A DNA stretch of 64,000 nucleotides from Anaeramoeba ignava BMAN (lineage: Eukaryota; Protista; Anaeramoebae): contig JAPDFW010000089.1 of assembly GCA_028826165.1 (NCBI GenBank), forward strand, positions 186,001 to 250,000. Direction: 5' to 3'. The translations under genes and the position numbers were made by a program. Within the stretch, counting starts at the first letter, position 1; each line of letters begins with the position of its first letter. Below are positions 37,504 through 52,391 of this stretch, piece by piece. Below the pieces are notes generated by a model. It was given only the letters and a program-made list of their open reading frames with translations. It was not told the DNA's origin and did no database searches.

Positions 37504-40283
37504 TTAAACTTGTTTTATTTGTTGTTTTGCAACTTCTTTTTGGAAATCTGTTGTCATTTTAGCAACAGATTCAGTTGCTTCTTGTTTTGCTTTTTCAGCA
37601 CTACCACCTGATGATCTGTAAAATCTATGAACTAATCTAAAAATAAAAACATCTGCAATTAATTGAACAAACCAAATTAGCATATTGACAACCATTAAAA
37701 TTCCAACAGTTTGTGCTTTTAGATCAAATGCTTTAACTAGATTGATTACTCCTCTAAAAAAGTTTTAAATTTAATTTTTATTTTAATTTTTTTTATTTTA
37801 ATTATTTTTATATTTATATTTTAATTTACCCACAACCAGTTCCAGATACACCAATAATAAAAACAGCAGAAAAAAGCATCCAAAAAAAGAAAGTACAAAA
37901 GAAAGTAAAGAACTTCAATGATTTATTCTTTCTATTAAATTTAAAATTAAAATTAAAATTAAAATTAAAATTAAAATTAAAATTAAAATTAAAATTAAAA
38001 TTAAAATTAAAATTAATATTCATTTATAAAATTAAAATTAAAATTAAAATTTATAATTAAAATTAAAATTAAAATTAAAATTAAAATTAAAATTAAAATT
38101 AAATTTAAATTTAAAATTAAAATACCTTGTTGCTTTATAAAGTAATCTATACCAAAATATCCAAGATAAAGGAGGTGAAAATAAGAAATAAGCTAATCCT
38201 AATCCAACATCATTTCCCTTATTAGGTGCACCATCAACACTTAATTTTGCAAAAACACAAATTAAATTCCAAGAAGTTCCAATAACACCCCCTTATTAAA
38301 TTATTAAATTATTAAATTATTAAATTATTAAATTATTAAATTATTAAATTATTATTTATTCAATTATTATTTATTCATTTATTAATTATTAAATAATTAT
38401 TTATTCAATTATTATTTATTAAATTATTATTTATTAAATTATTAAATTATTAAATTATTAAATTATTAAATTATTAAATTATTAAATTATTAAATTATTA
38501 AATTATTAAATTATTAAATTATTAAATTATTATTTATTCAATTATTATTTATTAAATTATTAAATTATTAAATTATTAAATTATTAAATTATTAAATTAT
38601 TAAATTATTAAATTATTAAATTATTTATTCAATTATTATTTATTAAATTATTAAATTATTAAATTATTAAATTATTCAATTATTAAATTATTCAATTATT
38701 ATTTATTCAATTATTATTTATTCATTTTTCAATTAAAAATTGTTTTTACAAATCCAAGCTAAATATGCTAAACGTATCATTCCTCGATTTTCTTTTGGAA
38801 TATCTGTAGCAATATTATGATGTAATATTGGATAACATTTTGGCCAATTATGAGGACGATGAAGATCTTCACCTTTTATTTCAAATTTTAATTTTGAATT
38901 TAATTTTGAATTTAATTTTAAATTTAATTTGAATTTTGTATTTGAATTTAATATTGAATTTAATTTCAAATTTTGTATTTGAATTTTGTATTTGAATTTA
39001 ATATTGAATTTAATTTCAAATTTTGTATTTGAATTTTGAATTTAATTTTAATTTTGAATTTTGAATTTAATTTTGAATTTAATTTTAAATTTAATTTGAA
39101 TTTAATATTGAATTTAATTTCAAATTTTGTATTTGAATTTTGAATTTAATATTGTATTTGAATTTAATTTTGAATTTAATTTTGAATTTAATTTTGAATT
39201 TAATATTTAAATTTAATTTTAAATTTAATATTGAATTTAATTTTAAATTTAATATTAAATTTAATTTTAAATTTAATTTGAATTTTGTATTTGAATTTAA
39301 TTTTAGAATTTAATTTTAGAATTTAATTTTTAATTTTGAATTTAATTTTGAATTTAATTTTGAATTTAATTTTGAATTTAATATTGAATTTAATATTGAA
39401 TTTAATATTGAATTTAATTTTAATTTTAAATTTAATTTTGAATTTAATTTTGAATTTAATTTTAATTTTGAATTTAATTTTGAATTTAATTTTGAATTTA
39501 ATATTGAATTTAATTTTAGAATTTAATTTTGAATTTAATATTGAATTTAATTTTGAATTTAATTTTGAATTTAATATTTAAATTTAATTTCAAATTTTGT
39601 ATTTGAATTTAATTTTACCTAAATATTTTTCTCTCTTTTCAATTTCTCTTTCTTTTTCATCAAGTTCAAGATTTCTTTTTTCAAGATAAAATCTTTTTTC
39701 TTCACCAGTTAATGGTTTGTCACCCATTTGTTCATCACCTTTTTTTGCTAATTAAATCATAAATTTTAACATTCCAAAAGTTTTAATTTTAATTTAATAA
39801 TAAGATGATTAATATAATTAATATAAATTTTGAAAAAATTTAATTGAAAATAATTATCAAAAAATTTTTTCATTCTTTTTTTTTTCATTTTGAAGTTATA
39901 AATGGGTTTTTAGTAATAAAGAAACAAACCAAAAGGATTATCAATTCCTTCTTTAGGAGGAGTATACTTTCTATCATATTCAAAATCATTGTCTTCATTC
40001 TTATTTTATTGAAGAAGAAATTTTTTAAAATTGAAATTTTTTAAATTTTTTAAATTTTAATCTTTAATTTTTATACCTGATTTTGTTGAAAAGGATTGAA
40101 ATTTGATAAGCCATCTTTATTATTTTGTTCATCTCGATCACTTCTTTCTGATTGTTCCTTTTTAATATTGAATTAAATTTTGAATTTTGAAATATAAATT
40201 AATTTTTTAATTTTTTAATTTTTTAATTTTTTTTTTTCAAAATAAATTACTTGAAAAGGATTAACTTGATCTGAATCAGACAT
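37504..40283 (-). CDS. SCAMP: Secretory carrier membrane protein (SCAMP)
   Basis: Three N-terminal NPF motifs, coiled coil, HNWPKCYPILHHNIATDIP, WYRLLYKA, four TM segments, HRFYRSSGGSAEKAKQE. Confidence 0.93.
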
Positions 40284-40465
40284 TTTTTTTTAAAAAATAA
40301 AAACAAAAACAATTAAAAATTAAAAATTTAAAAAATTGAAAATAAAAAATGGAAAAAAAATGAAAATGAAAAAAGCAAAAAAAAAAAATAAAAAAATTTA
40401 AAATTATTAAATTAAAATAAAAATTAGTAATTAAATTAAAAAAATTAAAATTAAAATTAAAATTT

Positions 40466-40502
40466 TTTTTTCATTTTTTTTCATTTTTTAAAAAACATTA
40501 AA
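40466..40502 (+). promoter_or_regulatory. Example of the T-rich TCAT initiator-like motif (T)nCA(T)n upstream of ATG
   Basis: Same motif lies on the coding strand shortly upstream of nearly every gene start in the window. Confidence 0.7.
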
Positions 40503-43500
40503 ATGCATCAAAATATTGAAATTTTTGAAACACCTGATATTGAAAAACCTATTCCAACAGTTAGAGTTATTCAAAAAGAAACAGATTTAAAAACTAATGA
40601 AAATGAAAATGAAAAACAAATTAAAGAAAAAGAAAAAGAAAAACAAACTGAATTTGAAATTATTTCTGAAAAACAAAAAAAATTTGAATCACCTTTACAA
40701 AGATATCAAAGACTTCAATTTGAAGTTTCTGAATTTCTTTCTGAATTAGAAGAAATAAAGGTAGAAAACTGAAGGAAAAAAAAGCATGAAAAATAATGAA
40801 TTTTTAATTATAATTATGAATATAAATATAAATATAAATATAAATATAAATATAAATATAAATATAAATATAAATATAAATATAAATATAAAAATAAATA
40901 TAAATATAAACATAAATATAAATACAAATGTAAATATAAATATAAATATAAATATAAATATAAATATAAATCTAAATATAAATATAAATCTAAATATAAA
41001 TATAAATATAATTATAAATATAAATATAAATATAAATATAAATATAAATATAAATATAAATATAAATATAAATTATAAATATAAATATAAATATAAATAT
41101 AAATATAAATATAAATATAATTATAATTATAAATATAAAATATAAATATAAATATAAATATAAATTATAAATAAAATATAAAATATAACATAAATATAAA
41201 TATAAATATAAAATATAAATATAAATATAAATATAAATATAAATATAAATATAAATATAAATATAAATATAAACATAAAATAAATATAAATATAAATATA
41301 AATATAAATATAAATATAAATATAAATATAAATATAAATATAAATATAAATATAAATATAAATATAAATATAAATATAAATAAATATAAATATAAATATA
41401 AATATAAATATAAAATATAAATATAAATATAAATATAAATATATAAATATAAATATAAATATAAATATAAATATAAATATAAATATAAATATAAATATAA
41501 ATATAAATATAAATATAAATATAAATATAAATATAAATATAAATATAAATATAAATATAAACATAAATATAAATATAAAATATAAATATAAAATAAAAAA
41601 TATAAATATAAAATATAAATATAAATATAAATATAAATATAAATATAAATATAAAAATAAAATATAAAATATAAATATAAATATAAATATAAATATAAAT
41701 ATAAATATAAATATAAATATAAATATAAATATAAATATAAATATAAATATAAATATAAATATAAATATAAATATAAATATAAATATAAATATAAATATAA
41801 ATATAACAAATATAAATATAAATATAAATATAAATATAAATATAAATATAAAATATAAATATAAATATAAATATAAATATAAATATAAATATAAATATAA
41901 ATATAAATATAAATATAAATATAAATATAAATATAAAATATAAATATAAATATAAATATAAATATAAATATAAATATAAATATAAATATAAATATAAATA
42001 TAAATATAAATATAAATATAAATATAAATATAAAAAAAATATAAATATAAAATATAAATATAAATAAATATAAATATAAATATAAATATAAATATAAAAT
42101 ATAAAACATAAAATACAAATATATAAATATAAATATAAATATAAATATAAATATAAATATAAATATAAATATAAATATAAATATAAATATAAATATAAAT
42201 ATAAATATAAATATAAATATAAATATAAATATAAATATAAATATAAATATAAATATAAATATAAATATAAATATAAATATAAATATAAATTATAAATATA
42301 AATATAAATATAATTATAAATATAAATATAAATATAAATATAAATATAAATATAAATATAAATATAAATATAAATATAAATATAAATATAAATATAAATA
42401 TAAATATAAATATAAATATAAATATAAATATAAATATAAATATAAATATAAATATAAATATAAATATAAATATAAATATAAATATAAATATTAATATAAA
42501 TATAAATATAAATATAATTATAATAATAAATATAAATATAAATATCAATATAAATATAAATATAAATACAATTTAAATTTTTATTGAATTTTTATTGAAT
42601 TTTTAAAAATAAATAGAAAATTAATGAAAACAAACAAAATATATCCACAGTTGAATTATCAAGTTTATTACAAAATTTCCAAAAGCAATTTAATCATTAT
42701 AATGTGGAGACATTTTCATCACCAATAAATTCAGTCTCACATTTAAAAAGTGAAATTGAACAATTCAAAGAAGAAAAAACAAAAAAACAACCAGAAAAAA
42801 CAATTTCTTATGAATTAAAAGCACCAAATTTTTCAAAAAGTAACAAAAATTCTGAAAAATTTGTTGAATTTGAAAAAAGAATTGCTCAACTTGAAAATGA
42901 AGTTGGAATCAATAAAGTTAAATTGAATGTTAAACAGGAATCTTTAGTTTCAACTGTTTTGAGAATGAAAGATTTGATTAAGATTGGAAAAACTCAAAAT
43001 ATTATTGAAATTGAAAAACGTATTGAAAGTTTAAATGAAAGACTTGATTTGTTTGAAAAACATCAAGTTTCTCAAAAACAAGAAATTCATAATTCAAATG
43101 TATATTTTTTAATTAAAAATTAAAATTAAAATTAAAATTAAAATTAAAATTGAATTAAATTAAAAATTAAAATTAAAATTAAAATTAATATAAAATTAAA
43201 ATTAAAATTAAAATTAAAATTAAAATTAAAATTAAAATTAAAATTAAAATTAAAATTAAAATTAAAATTAAAATTAAAATTAAAATTAAAATTAAAATTA
43301 AAATTAAAATTAAAATTTATTAGATTTCTGAAATGGAAGAAATGTGTGAAAGATGGGAAATTATTATAAATCAACTTCCTTTAATAATTTTACGTCTTAA
43401 AGCTTTAAAGATTTGTGAAGAAGAAAGAATTTCATTAAAAAACAGATTAGAAGAATTAAAAGAAAAACAATCACAAATTGAAAATTTACTTTCAAAACAT

Positions 43501-43691
43501 AACATTCAATTAAAAGAGGTTTGTTTTTTAATTTTTAATTTTTAATTTTTAATTTAATTTTTAATTTAATTTTTAATTTTTAATTTTATAAAAAAAAGTT
43601 CACTCAAAAATTTACTCAAAATATCAAAATTATTGAAGAAAATATTCGAAAATTAGACTCTTCAATTGCTTCTTTAACAAGAAAAAAATGA
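40503..43691 (+). CDS. DCTN2: Dynactin subunit 2 (dynamitin/p50)
   Basis: [39 protein letters not shown]...[12 protein letters not shown]. Confidence 0.8.
40761..42616 (+). repeat. Dynamitin intron 1, (ATAAAT)n microsatellite, ~1.8 kb
   Basis: Direct reading. Confidence 0.95.
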
Positions 43692-43958
43692 AACTAAAAA
43701 ATTAAAAAAAAAGAAAAAAGAAGAAAAAAAAATTTTTTTACTTTCCAATTCCACTTTTTTTTTTATTCTTCTTCAATAACTTTTTCAACATTTAATTAAT
43801 TTGGAAGAATTTCCTTTTTTAAAAAGAAAAAAAAAATAATTAATTTTCGAACTTTTTATTTTTAAAAGAATAATTTTGATTCAATTCAATTCAATTTTAA
43901 AATGAAAAATTTAAAAATGAAAAAATTTAAAAATGAAAAATTTAAAAATGAAAAAAAT

Positions 43959-46900
43959 TTAAAAGAAAGAACCAAGAATTGCTTTGCAAATCAAATCACT
44001 TTCTGATTGAATAACGACATGAATAGAAACACCATCATTTTTAGAATATTTCATACCCAATTTAGCTAAAACCAAAGAATCACCAAGAAAAGTACCACTT
44101 AAAAGAAGAATATGAGAATTTTGAGATTTAACGACATCAGTTCCATCACAAGGAGCCAAACCCAAGAAATCACAAATAGTACCAACAGCATCTTGTAAAT
44201 TCTTCATTGAACTAAATTGGATAACTTGAGTTACTTTTGGAATTTTTGATTCTTTCATAATTTTCCAATTATGATTAAAATTTGGAATTTCTGTTTTTAA
44301 AATGTAATCTGATATTGTAATTGTTAAGTCTTCAAGTTGATATTCATCTTGTATTGATTCCCCAATTATTTCTCCTGTTGTTGGATCGCATTCTTTACTT
44401 TCAAATAATAATGTATTTGTGAAACTTCCTGATGGAAAGCTTTTACTTGGAAATTCATAACAAATAAATGCTGATTTTGTTTTGTTGAATTTTAGTTTCG
44501 GAATTGGAATTGTTTTTTTTGCAATAAATTCATTTTCTTCTCTTTTTTCCATTCTAATTTGAACATTTTCCAAAACAACATCCTTTAGAGTATTTGTGCA
44601 TTCAAACTAAATTAAATATATTTTTGAATTAAATATTTTTAAATTAAATATATTTAAATTAAATATATTTAAATTAAATATATTTAAATTAAATATATTT
44701 AAATTAAATATATTTTTGAATTAAATATTTTTAAATTAAATATATTTAAATTAAATATTTTTTTGAATTAAATATATTAAATATATTTTTGAATTAAATA
44801 TATTAAATATTTCTAAATTAAATATATTTTTGAATTAAATATATTTTAAATTAAATATTTTTTTAAATTAAATATTTTTAAATTTCATTCCTCATACACG
44901 AAATATAATGTGATTGGGAAAAAGATATTTAACACATTTGACTATATATTCTGTTTCTTTTTCAGTTAATGGTTGAATATCTGATATTTTATATAATCTT
45001 CCTAAATCTTTGAAATGTTTATCCAATTCATTAATATTAAAAGATTTGCTTTCTTGTTGTTGAAGGATGATTCTTTTTTGCATTTCATCTAAAAAAAATT
45101 TTTTGAATAAATATTGTTTTCATGTTTTAAAATCTTTTCAAATGTTTTCATGTTTTAAAATATTTTTTATCTTTTAAAATATTTTTTATCTTTTAAAATA
45201 TTTTTTATCTTTTAAAATATTTATCTTTTAAAATATTTATCTTTTCAAATATTTTTTATCTTTTCAAATATTTTTTATCTTTTCAAATATTTTTTATCTT
45301 TTCAAATGTTTTCATGTTTTAAAATATTTTTTATCTTTTCAAATATTTTTCATCTTTTCAAATATTTATTTATCTTTTCAAATATTTTCATGTTTTAAAA
45401 TATTTTTTATCTTTTCAAATATTTTTGAATAAATATTGTTTTTATCTTTTCAAATATTTTCTATCTTTTCAAATATTTATTTTTGTTTTAAAATATTTTT
45501 TATCTTTTAAAATATTTTTCATCTTTTAAAATATTTATTATCTTTTAAAATATTTATCTTTGTTTTTATTTTTTTTTATTGTCAAATTTAAATACCAATC
45601 TCAGCTCCACGCTTAAATAAGGCTTTAATATCTAAAGGAGAATCAACAAGACTGTTTTTATATTCAAGAAGAGTCGACTCCAAAGAATCCAAAGAACATT
45701 CAACTTTTTGGAAATAAAACAAACTATTTTGATCCAAATGATTTGATTTAAAAAAATCGTTGAAAAAAGAAGAATAAAAAGTAGCTCGATCACGAACTTC
45801 ATCATCAGAATCATTAAGAGCTTGAGAGATGATAAAAAGAATCTTCTTTGAAATAAGGGGATCTGAAGGATTATTAATAACAAACTTAGAAAGAGCATTA
45901 ACAGCAACAGAACGAACAAAACCTTTATCAAGAACTAAACGGTTATAGATAAATTTAATAAATCTTTCAGGATTAGGAAGTTTTGAGCCTTCTTCACCAA
46001 GAAAACTAATAAGAATAACAATCAATTGATCGTATTCAAAATCCTCGATAATTTCGCAGATATTTTTCATGCCTAGTTCCTTTGAATCAGGAATCATTTT
46101 AATAACGTAAATTAAGGCGTTCATAACGGTTTTTTTGTATTCAAATTTGCCGCGTTTTCTGAGACACTGGGAGAAGAAATTAATATAAAGAGGATATTCA
46201 GCGGGTATTTGGACGCATAAATCTCTGAGAGCTTCTATGATTGTGATCTTGAGATTGTCGTCCATTGTAAAGGTGATGTTGATCAATTCAGGAACAAGAC
46301 TGCGGATCTGAGAAATCGACCCTGATTTCATGAGTGTTGTGATTGCCAAAGTGGAAATTGTCTTGTGTTTGTCTTTCGCAAGAACTTCGAGATTCTCATT
46401 GCATGATGAGATGAGTGTTGGGTCTTTTTTTCCGAGATCCGCAATGATTTTCATCGAGGCAAATCGCAGAATTGCTCGTTGAGAATTAAGAAATAATTGC
46501 AATACAGAGACTGCAAGGGCTATTGTTGCCTTGGGCGTGTTTGGGATTGAGCAGATCGTCTTGGCAGCCTCCAGAATAACCATCTCATTCTTGTATTTCA
46601 AGCAAGAATAGCAATAGTCAAAAAAGAGTTCTTTAATTTTGGGATTGGTTTCTGGAGTGATGATCTGCTTTCCAAATCGCATTATTAAACAGTGCGAATA
46701 TGGAGAGAGTATTTTCTCTTTTCTTCGCGTCATTACAGAAACAAACTTTGTTAATGCAAGTTTATCTTCGCTTTTGATCCTGATGATCAATCCAAGTGAT
46801 AAATACTGGACAATTGATGATGTTGAATTTAATGATCCAGCTGATAATAGCTCATTCACCCATTTCTTGATGAGGCTGGGCGACATTTTGTAGAAGTGAT

Positions 46901-48266
46901 GTCCCGCAATCAATGCTGAACTTGCAACGTACGGGTTTTTGTCAACAATTGCTTGTTTTATGTAGCGCTCAAGATGGGGTATCATTGTTTGATCAATTAT
47001 TCTTGGTAATGTTCGCAATCCGTTAGCTCGAAATACTGCGCTTGTTGAGTTCATATCTTTTGATAAACTTTGTGTTACAATGATTACGTCTTCGCTTAAT
47101 TTGGCTAGTTCGGATATTAAAAGGTAGACAAATCTCCGAAGGACAACCTTTTGGGAATTATTTTAATTTTAATTTAAATTTTATAAATGAATTTTAATTT
47201 TATAAATGAATTTTAATTTTAATTTAATAAATGAATTTTAATTTTAATTTTAATTTTAATTTTAATTTTATAAAAGAATTTTAATTTTAATATTATAAAT
47301 AAATTTTAATTTTAATTTTATAAATGAATTTTAATTTTAATATTAATTATAATTTTATAAATGAATTTTAATTTTAATTTTAATTTTGATTTTAATTTTA
47401 ATTTTATAAATTAATTTTAATTTTAATTTTAATTTAAATTTTAATTTAAATTTTAATTTTATAAATGAATTTTGATTTTAATTTTATAAATGAATTTTAA
47501 TTTTAATTTTATAAATGAATTTTATATTAATTTTAATTTTAATTTTAATTTTAATTTTAATTTTAATTTTTAAATTTAATTTTAAATTTAATTTTAATTT
47601 TAATTTTATAAAAGAATTTTTAATTTTAATATTAATTTTAATTTTTAATATTAATTTTAATTTTAATTTTAATTTTAATTTTAATTTTAATTTTAATTTT
47701 ATAAATGAATTTTAATTTTAATTTTAATTTTAATTTTAATTTTAATTTTAATTTTAATATTAATTTTAATTTTAATTTTAATTTTAATATTAATTTTAAT
47801 TTTAATATTAATTTAAATTTTAAATTTATAAATGAATTTTAATTATAATTTTATAAATGAATTTTAATTTTAATTTTAATTTTGATTTTAATTTTAATTT
47901 TATAAATTAATTTTAATTTTAATTTTAATTTAAATTTTAATTATATAAATGAATTTTATTTTATAAATGAATTTTAATTTTATTTTTAATTTTAATTTTA
48001 TTTTTATTTTTATAAATGAATTTTAATTTTCAACGCACATCATTCGATTCAAAAAGTTTTGTTACTGCAAAAAATAATCTTGTTGCTTCTTTTTTGGTTA
48101 TTTTTGTTGAATATCCTTGAGAAAGAATATAAAGTATTTTTGTCACTTGTGATAAACATTTTTTAGTTTGAATAGGATATTCTTGAAAAATTTCTGCATC
48201 TTGAATAACTTTTGAAGGATCTAAATGCAAAAAAGGTTTTGTTTTTTTTATTTGATTTTGTTGCAT
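43959..48266 (-). CDS. COPG: Coatomer gamma subunit
   Basis: EATRLFFAVTKLF, VIIVTQSLSKDM, ERYIKQAIVDKNPYVASSALI, IEDFEY, DSDDEVRDRATFY, LTEKETEYIVKCVKY, ECDPTTGE..DEYQLED, HILLLSG. Confidence 0.96.
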
Positions 48267-48586
48267 TTTATTTTTTTTAAATGAAAAAAAAATGAAAAAA
48301 AAATGAAAAAAAAAAATTGAAAAATTGAAAATTTTTTTTTGTTTTGGAATCTAGTTTTTATTTTTGTGAATCAAAATCTTCTGAAAAAAAAAAATGAAAA
48401 GTAAAAAAGTAAAAAAGTAAAAAAGTAAAGAAAAAGTAATTAAAGGAAAAATGATTAAATTTGTTGTTTTTTTTTAAATGAAGTTGAAGAATTAATCTCA
48501 TTCAAATTATTTTAAATCAATCAATGTCAATCCAATTTTAAATGTAAATTTTTAAATGTAAATGTAAATGTAAATGTAATTTTGAT

Positions 48587-49760
48587 TTATTTTTGTTGAT
48601 TGTCAATTTGAACATCCATTGTTTCTTTTGCTTGTTCTATGTTTTTAGTTTGTTGTGCTTTTTTTCCTTTTCTTGTAAGTCTCTTTTTAGGAACAAATTT
48701 AGTTTTTTTGAGTTTTTCTAATTTTGGTAAATGTTTTTGAAGAATAGCTGAATCCTTATCTTTTTGAACTAATTCTTCAAGAGCTTGTTTAATAATTTTG
48801 TTTTTCTAAATGATAATTAAAATTTAATAATCAAAATTAAAATTTAAAATAAAATTAAAATTATAATTAAATTAAAATTAAAATTAAAATAAAAATAAAA
48901 TCAAATTAAAATTAAATTAAAATAAAAATAAAAATAAAATCATAATTAAATTAAAATTAAATTAAAATAAAATCATAATTAAATTAAAATTAAATTAAAA
49001 TAAAAATTCATTTATAAAATTAAAATTCAATATTAAAATTAAAATAAAATTAAAATTAAAATCAAAATTAAAATCAAATTAAAATTAAAATGTTTAAAAT
49101 TTAAATGTTTAAAAACTAACCTCTTGTTTCTTAATATTGATTTTAAAACGTCCAAAATCACTTAAAGAAGCTCTTTTTTGACGAATCAATAATTTTTTTC
49201 CCCAAGCACTATTTTTCCACTTATTAGCAATATCAGCTTTTTCATAAGCTTTCATAAGAGTTTTAAGTTTAGCTCCATGTGGAATTTTAACTTTTAAATT
49301 TGTAAGTGTAATTCTTTTTATTGAAATAGCATGTCGAGGAACATGATTAACTTTTGAAGGTCCATCAACAAGAACCTAATTAATTATAAAATTAATATTA
49401 ATTTTAATTTTAATTTTGATTTAATTTTATATTTAAATTTTAATTTATATTGAATTATAATTTTATATTTAAATTTAATTTTAATTTTAATTTTAATTTT
49501 AATTTTATTTTTAATTTTAATTATAATTATAATTTTAATTATAATTTTATATTGAATTTTAATTTTAATTTTAATTTTAATTTTAATTTTAATTATAATT
49601 TTATATTGAATTTTAATTTTATATTTAATTTGAATTTTAATTATAATTTTACTTTGTTTTGATCTATAACATCAATAATAACACAAGTTCTATTTGTGAA
49701 AGGTCCATATGTAATTAAAGCAACTCTTCCAATTTCAATATATTTTTCTCGAAATGCCAT
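48587..49760 (-). CDS. RPL14: 60S ribosomal protein eL14. Exons 49653-49760, 49121-49375, 48587-48805
   Basis: [20 protein letters not shown]...IIDVIDQNK|VLVDGP...[18 protein letters not shown]. Confidence 0.95.
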
Positions 49761-50153
49761 CTATTAATTATTTAAATTTAATTGTTAATTTTAATTTTAA
49801 TTTTAAATTTAAATTTATAAAAAAAATTTTTTTTTCTTTTGTTTTCTTTTGTTTGTTTGTTTTTTTATGCTTTTATGCTTTTCTTTATTAAATATAATAT
49901 TAACCTAAAATATCCAATTTCTTTTTTTTCTTTTTTTTTTGTAAATGAAAAAAAAATGAAAAAAAAAAAATTAAAAAAAAAATTTTTTTTTGTTTTTTTT
50001 TTGTTTTAATAAATAAAATAACCTCATATTAAAATAATGCTATAGGTTTGTTTATAAAGCATATTCAAACTTAGGTCTAGGAATTAACACCAAGAAAGAA
50101 AAAAAAAAAGAAAAAAAAAAAAAAAAAAAAACAAAAACAATTTGAAAAAAGAA

Positions 50154-51448
50154 TTAAAGAATAATGCAACAACCAGATGAAGATTCATTTTTATTATTAA
50201 TTGGTTGTTGAATTTGTTGTGTAATTTCTTGCTTTTTTTTTCGTAAAGATCTAACAAGTGATTCAAAACAATTTTCTGTATTTTGTCCTGTTTTTGCTGA
50301 ACTATTTTTATTTTAAATTAATTTAAATTAATAAATAAAAATTAATTCCAAAAAAAAAAAGTGGAACGTTTATTTTCCATTTTTTTTTTTTTTGCTTTTT
50401 TTTTACACTTCAAAATAACTAGTTGCAAACTTTTTTGCAAGTTGTTCTCCTTCTGCAACTGTTACAACTCTTTCTTTTTCAAAATCTAATTTTAATTATG
50501 AATATAAATCAAAATATAAATATAAATATAAATCTAAATCTAAATCTAAATCTAAATCTAAATCTAAATCTAAATCTAAATCTAAATCTAAATCTAAATC
50601 TAAATCTAAATCTAAATCTAAATCTAAATCTAAATCTAAATCTAAATCTAAATCTAAATCTAAATCTAAATATTTTTTTCATATTGAAAAAAAAAGTACC
50701 AATTTTATTTGCAACAGTAATAACAGGAACATCACTTTTATGCTCTTTTTTAATTTGAAGAAGAAGAGTTTTAGCTTCATCAAAACTAGAACGAGCAATA
50801 ATACTGTAAACAACAACAAAACCTTCACCAGAAGCAATGTACTAAATTCAAATAAAAAAATTCAAAAAAAAATTCAAATAAAAATTTAAATAAAAATTCA
50901 AATAAAAAATTCAAATAAAAAATTCACCTTATTTCTAACATCTTTATAATCATCTTGACCTGCAGTATCAATAATATGTAAATTAGTTGGGATATTATCA
51001 ATCAAAACTAATTTCTTGAAAGTTTGTTCTGTTAAAAAAATTAAATAAAAAGCAAAATTTTAATTATTTTAATTATTTTAATTATTTTAATTATTTTAAT
51101 TATTTCAATTATTTTAATTATTTTAGTTATTTTAATTATTTTAATTATTTTAATTATTTTAATTATTTTAGTTATTTTAGTTATTTTAATTATTTTAATT
51201 ATTTTAGTTATTTTAGTTATTTTAATTTCTTTAATTTCTTCAAATTCAACAAACCAATTGTTGGATCATAATCAGGTAAAAATTTTCCATTTAAATAACG
51301 AACTGCTAAACAAGTTTTCCCAACTATTTTCATTAAAATAAAAACAATAAAAATAATTTGTTTTTCAATTTTAATTTTAATTTTAATTTTTATTTTAATT
51401 ACCAGAACCACCACCAACAAGAACAATTTGATAAGTTTCTTGCGCCAT
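50154..51448 (-). CDS. Ras-family small GTPase, 6 exons, CaaX GCCIIL
   Basis: GGGSVGKT, YDPTIE, DTAGQDDY, NKID, SAK, C-terminal SGCCIIL*. Confidence 0.93.
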
Positions 51449-51764
51449 TTTAAAAAAGAAAAGTTGAAAAAAAATTTTTTTAAAAAAGAAAATTTGAAAA
51501 AGAAAAAAAAATGAATTTGAAAATTTTGAGTTTTAATTTTTTTTTTTTTAATTTTTTTTGAAAGTTTTTTTCATTTTTGCTTTCATAATTTCTCAATTTG
51601 ATCAAATAAAAAATTTTTTTTTTTTTTCAATTTTTTATTTTGTTTTTATTTTGTTAATTTAAAATTGAAAAAAAAAGAAATGAATTTGAAATCAAAAAGA
51701 AAAAATCAAAAAGAAAACATTTTTCCGATTTTAATTTCGAATTTCTCATTGAATTTGGAATTGA

Positions 51765-52320
51765 AATTGATATTTAAATTAATATTTAAATTGATATTTA
51801 AATTGATATTTAAATTGATATTTAAATTGATATTTAAATTTATATTGAAATTGATATTGAAATTGATATTGAAATTAATATTTAAATTAATATTTAAATT
51901 AATATTGAAATTGATATTGAAATTTATATTTAAATTGATATTTAAATTGATATTTAAATTGATATTTAAATTGATATTTAAATTGATATTTAAATTGATA
52001 TTTAAATTGATATTTAAATTGATATTTAAATTGATATTTAAATTGATATTTAAATTGATATTTAAATTGATATTTAAATTGATATTGAAATTGATATTTA
52101 AATTGATTTTTAAATTGATATTAAAATTTATTTTTAAATTGATATTTAAATTGATTTTTAAATTGATTTTTAAATTGATTTTTAAATTGATATTTAAATT
52201 GATATTTTGAAATCGATTTTGAAATTGATATTTAAATTGATATTTTGAAATCGATTTTGAAATTGATATTTAAATTGATATTTTGAAATTGATTTTGAAA
52301 TTGATTTGAAATTGAAATTA
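51765..52320. repeat. Intergenic 12-mer (TTGATATTTAAA)n
   Basis: Direct reading. Confidence 0.9.
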
Positions 52321-52391
52321 AAATTGATTTCCATTTCATTTGCTTGTAAATCTTGAAAAAAAAAAGAAAGAAAGAAAGAAAGAAAGAAACA

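Noticed and set aside
40786-42548. Long IN, IF and YL ORFs; similar ones at 27497-28551, 51665-52210, 59467-59913 and 61366-62100
   Set aside because: Stop-free frames of intronic or intergenic microsatellites.
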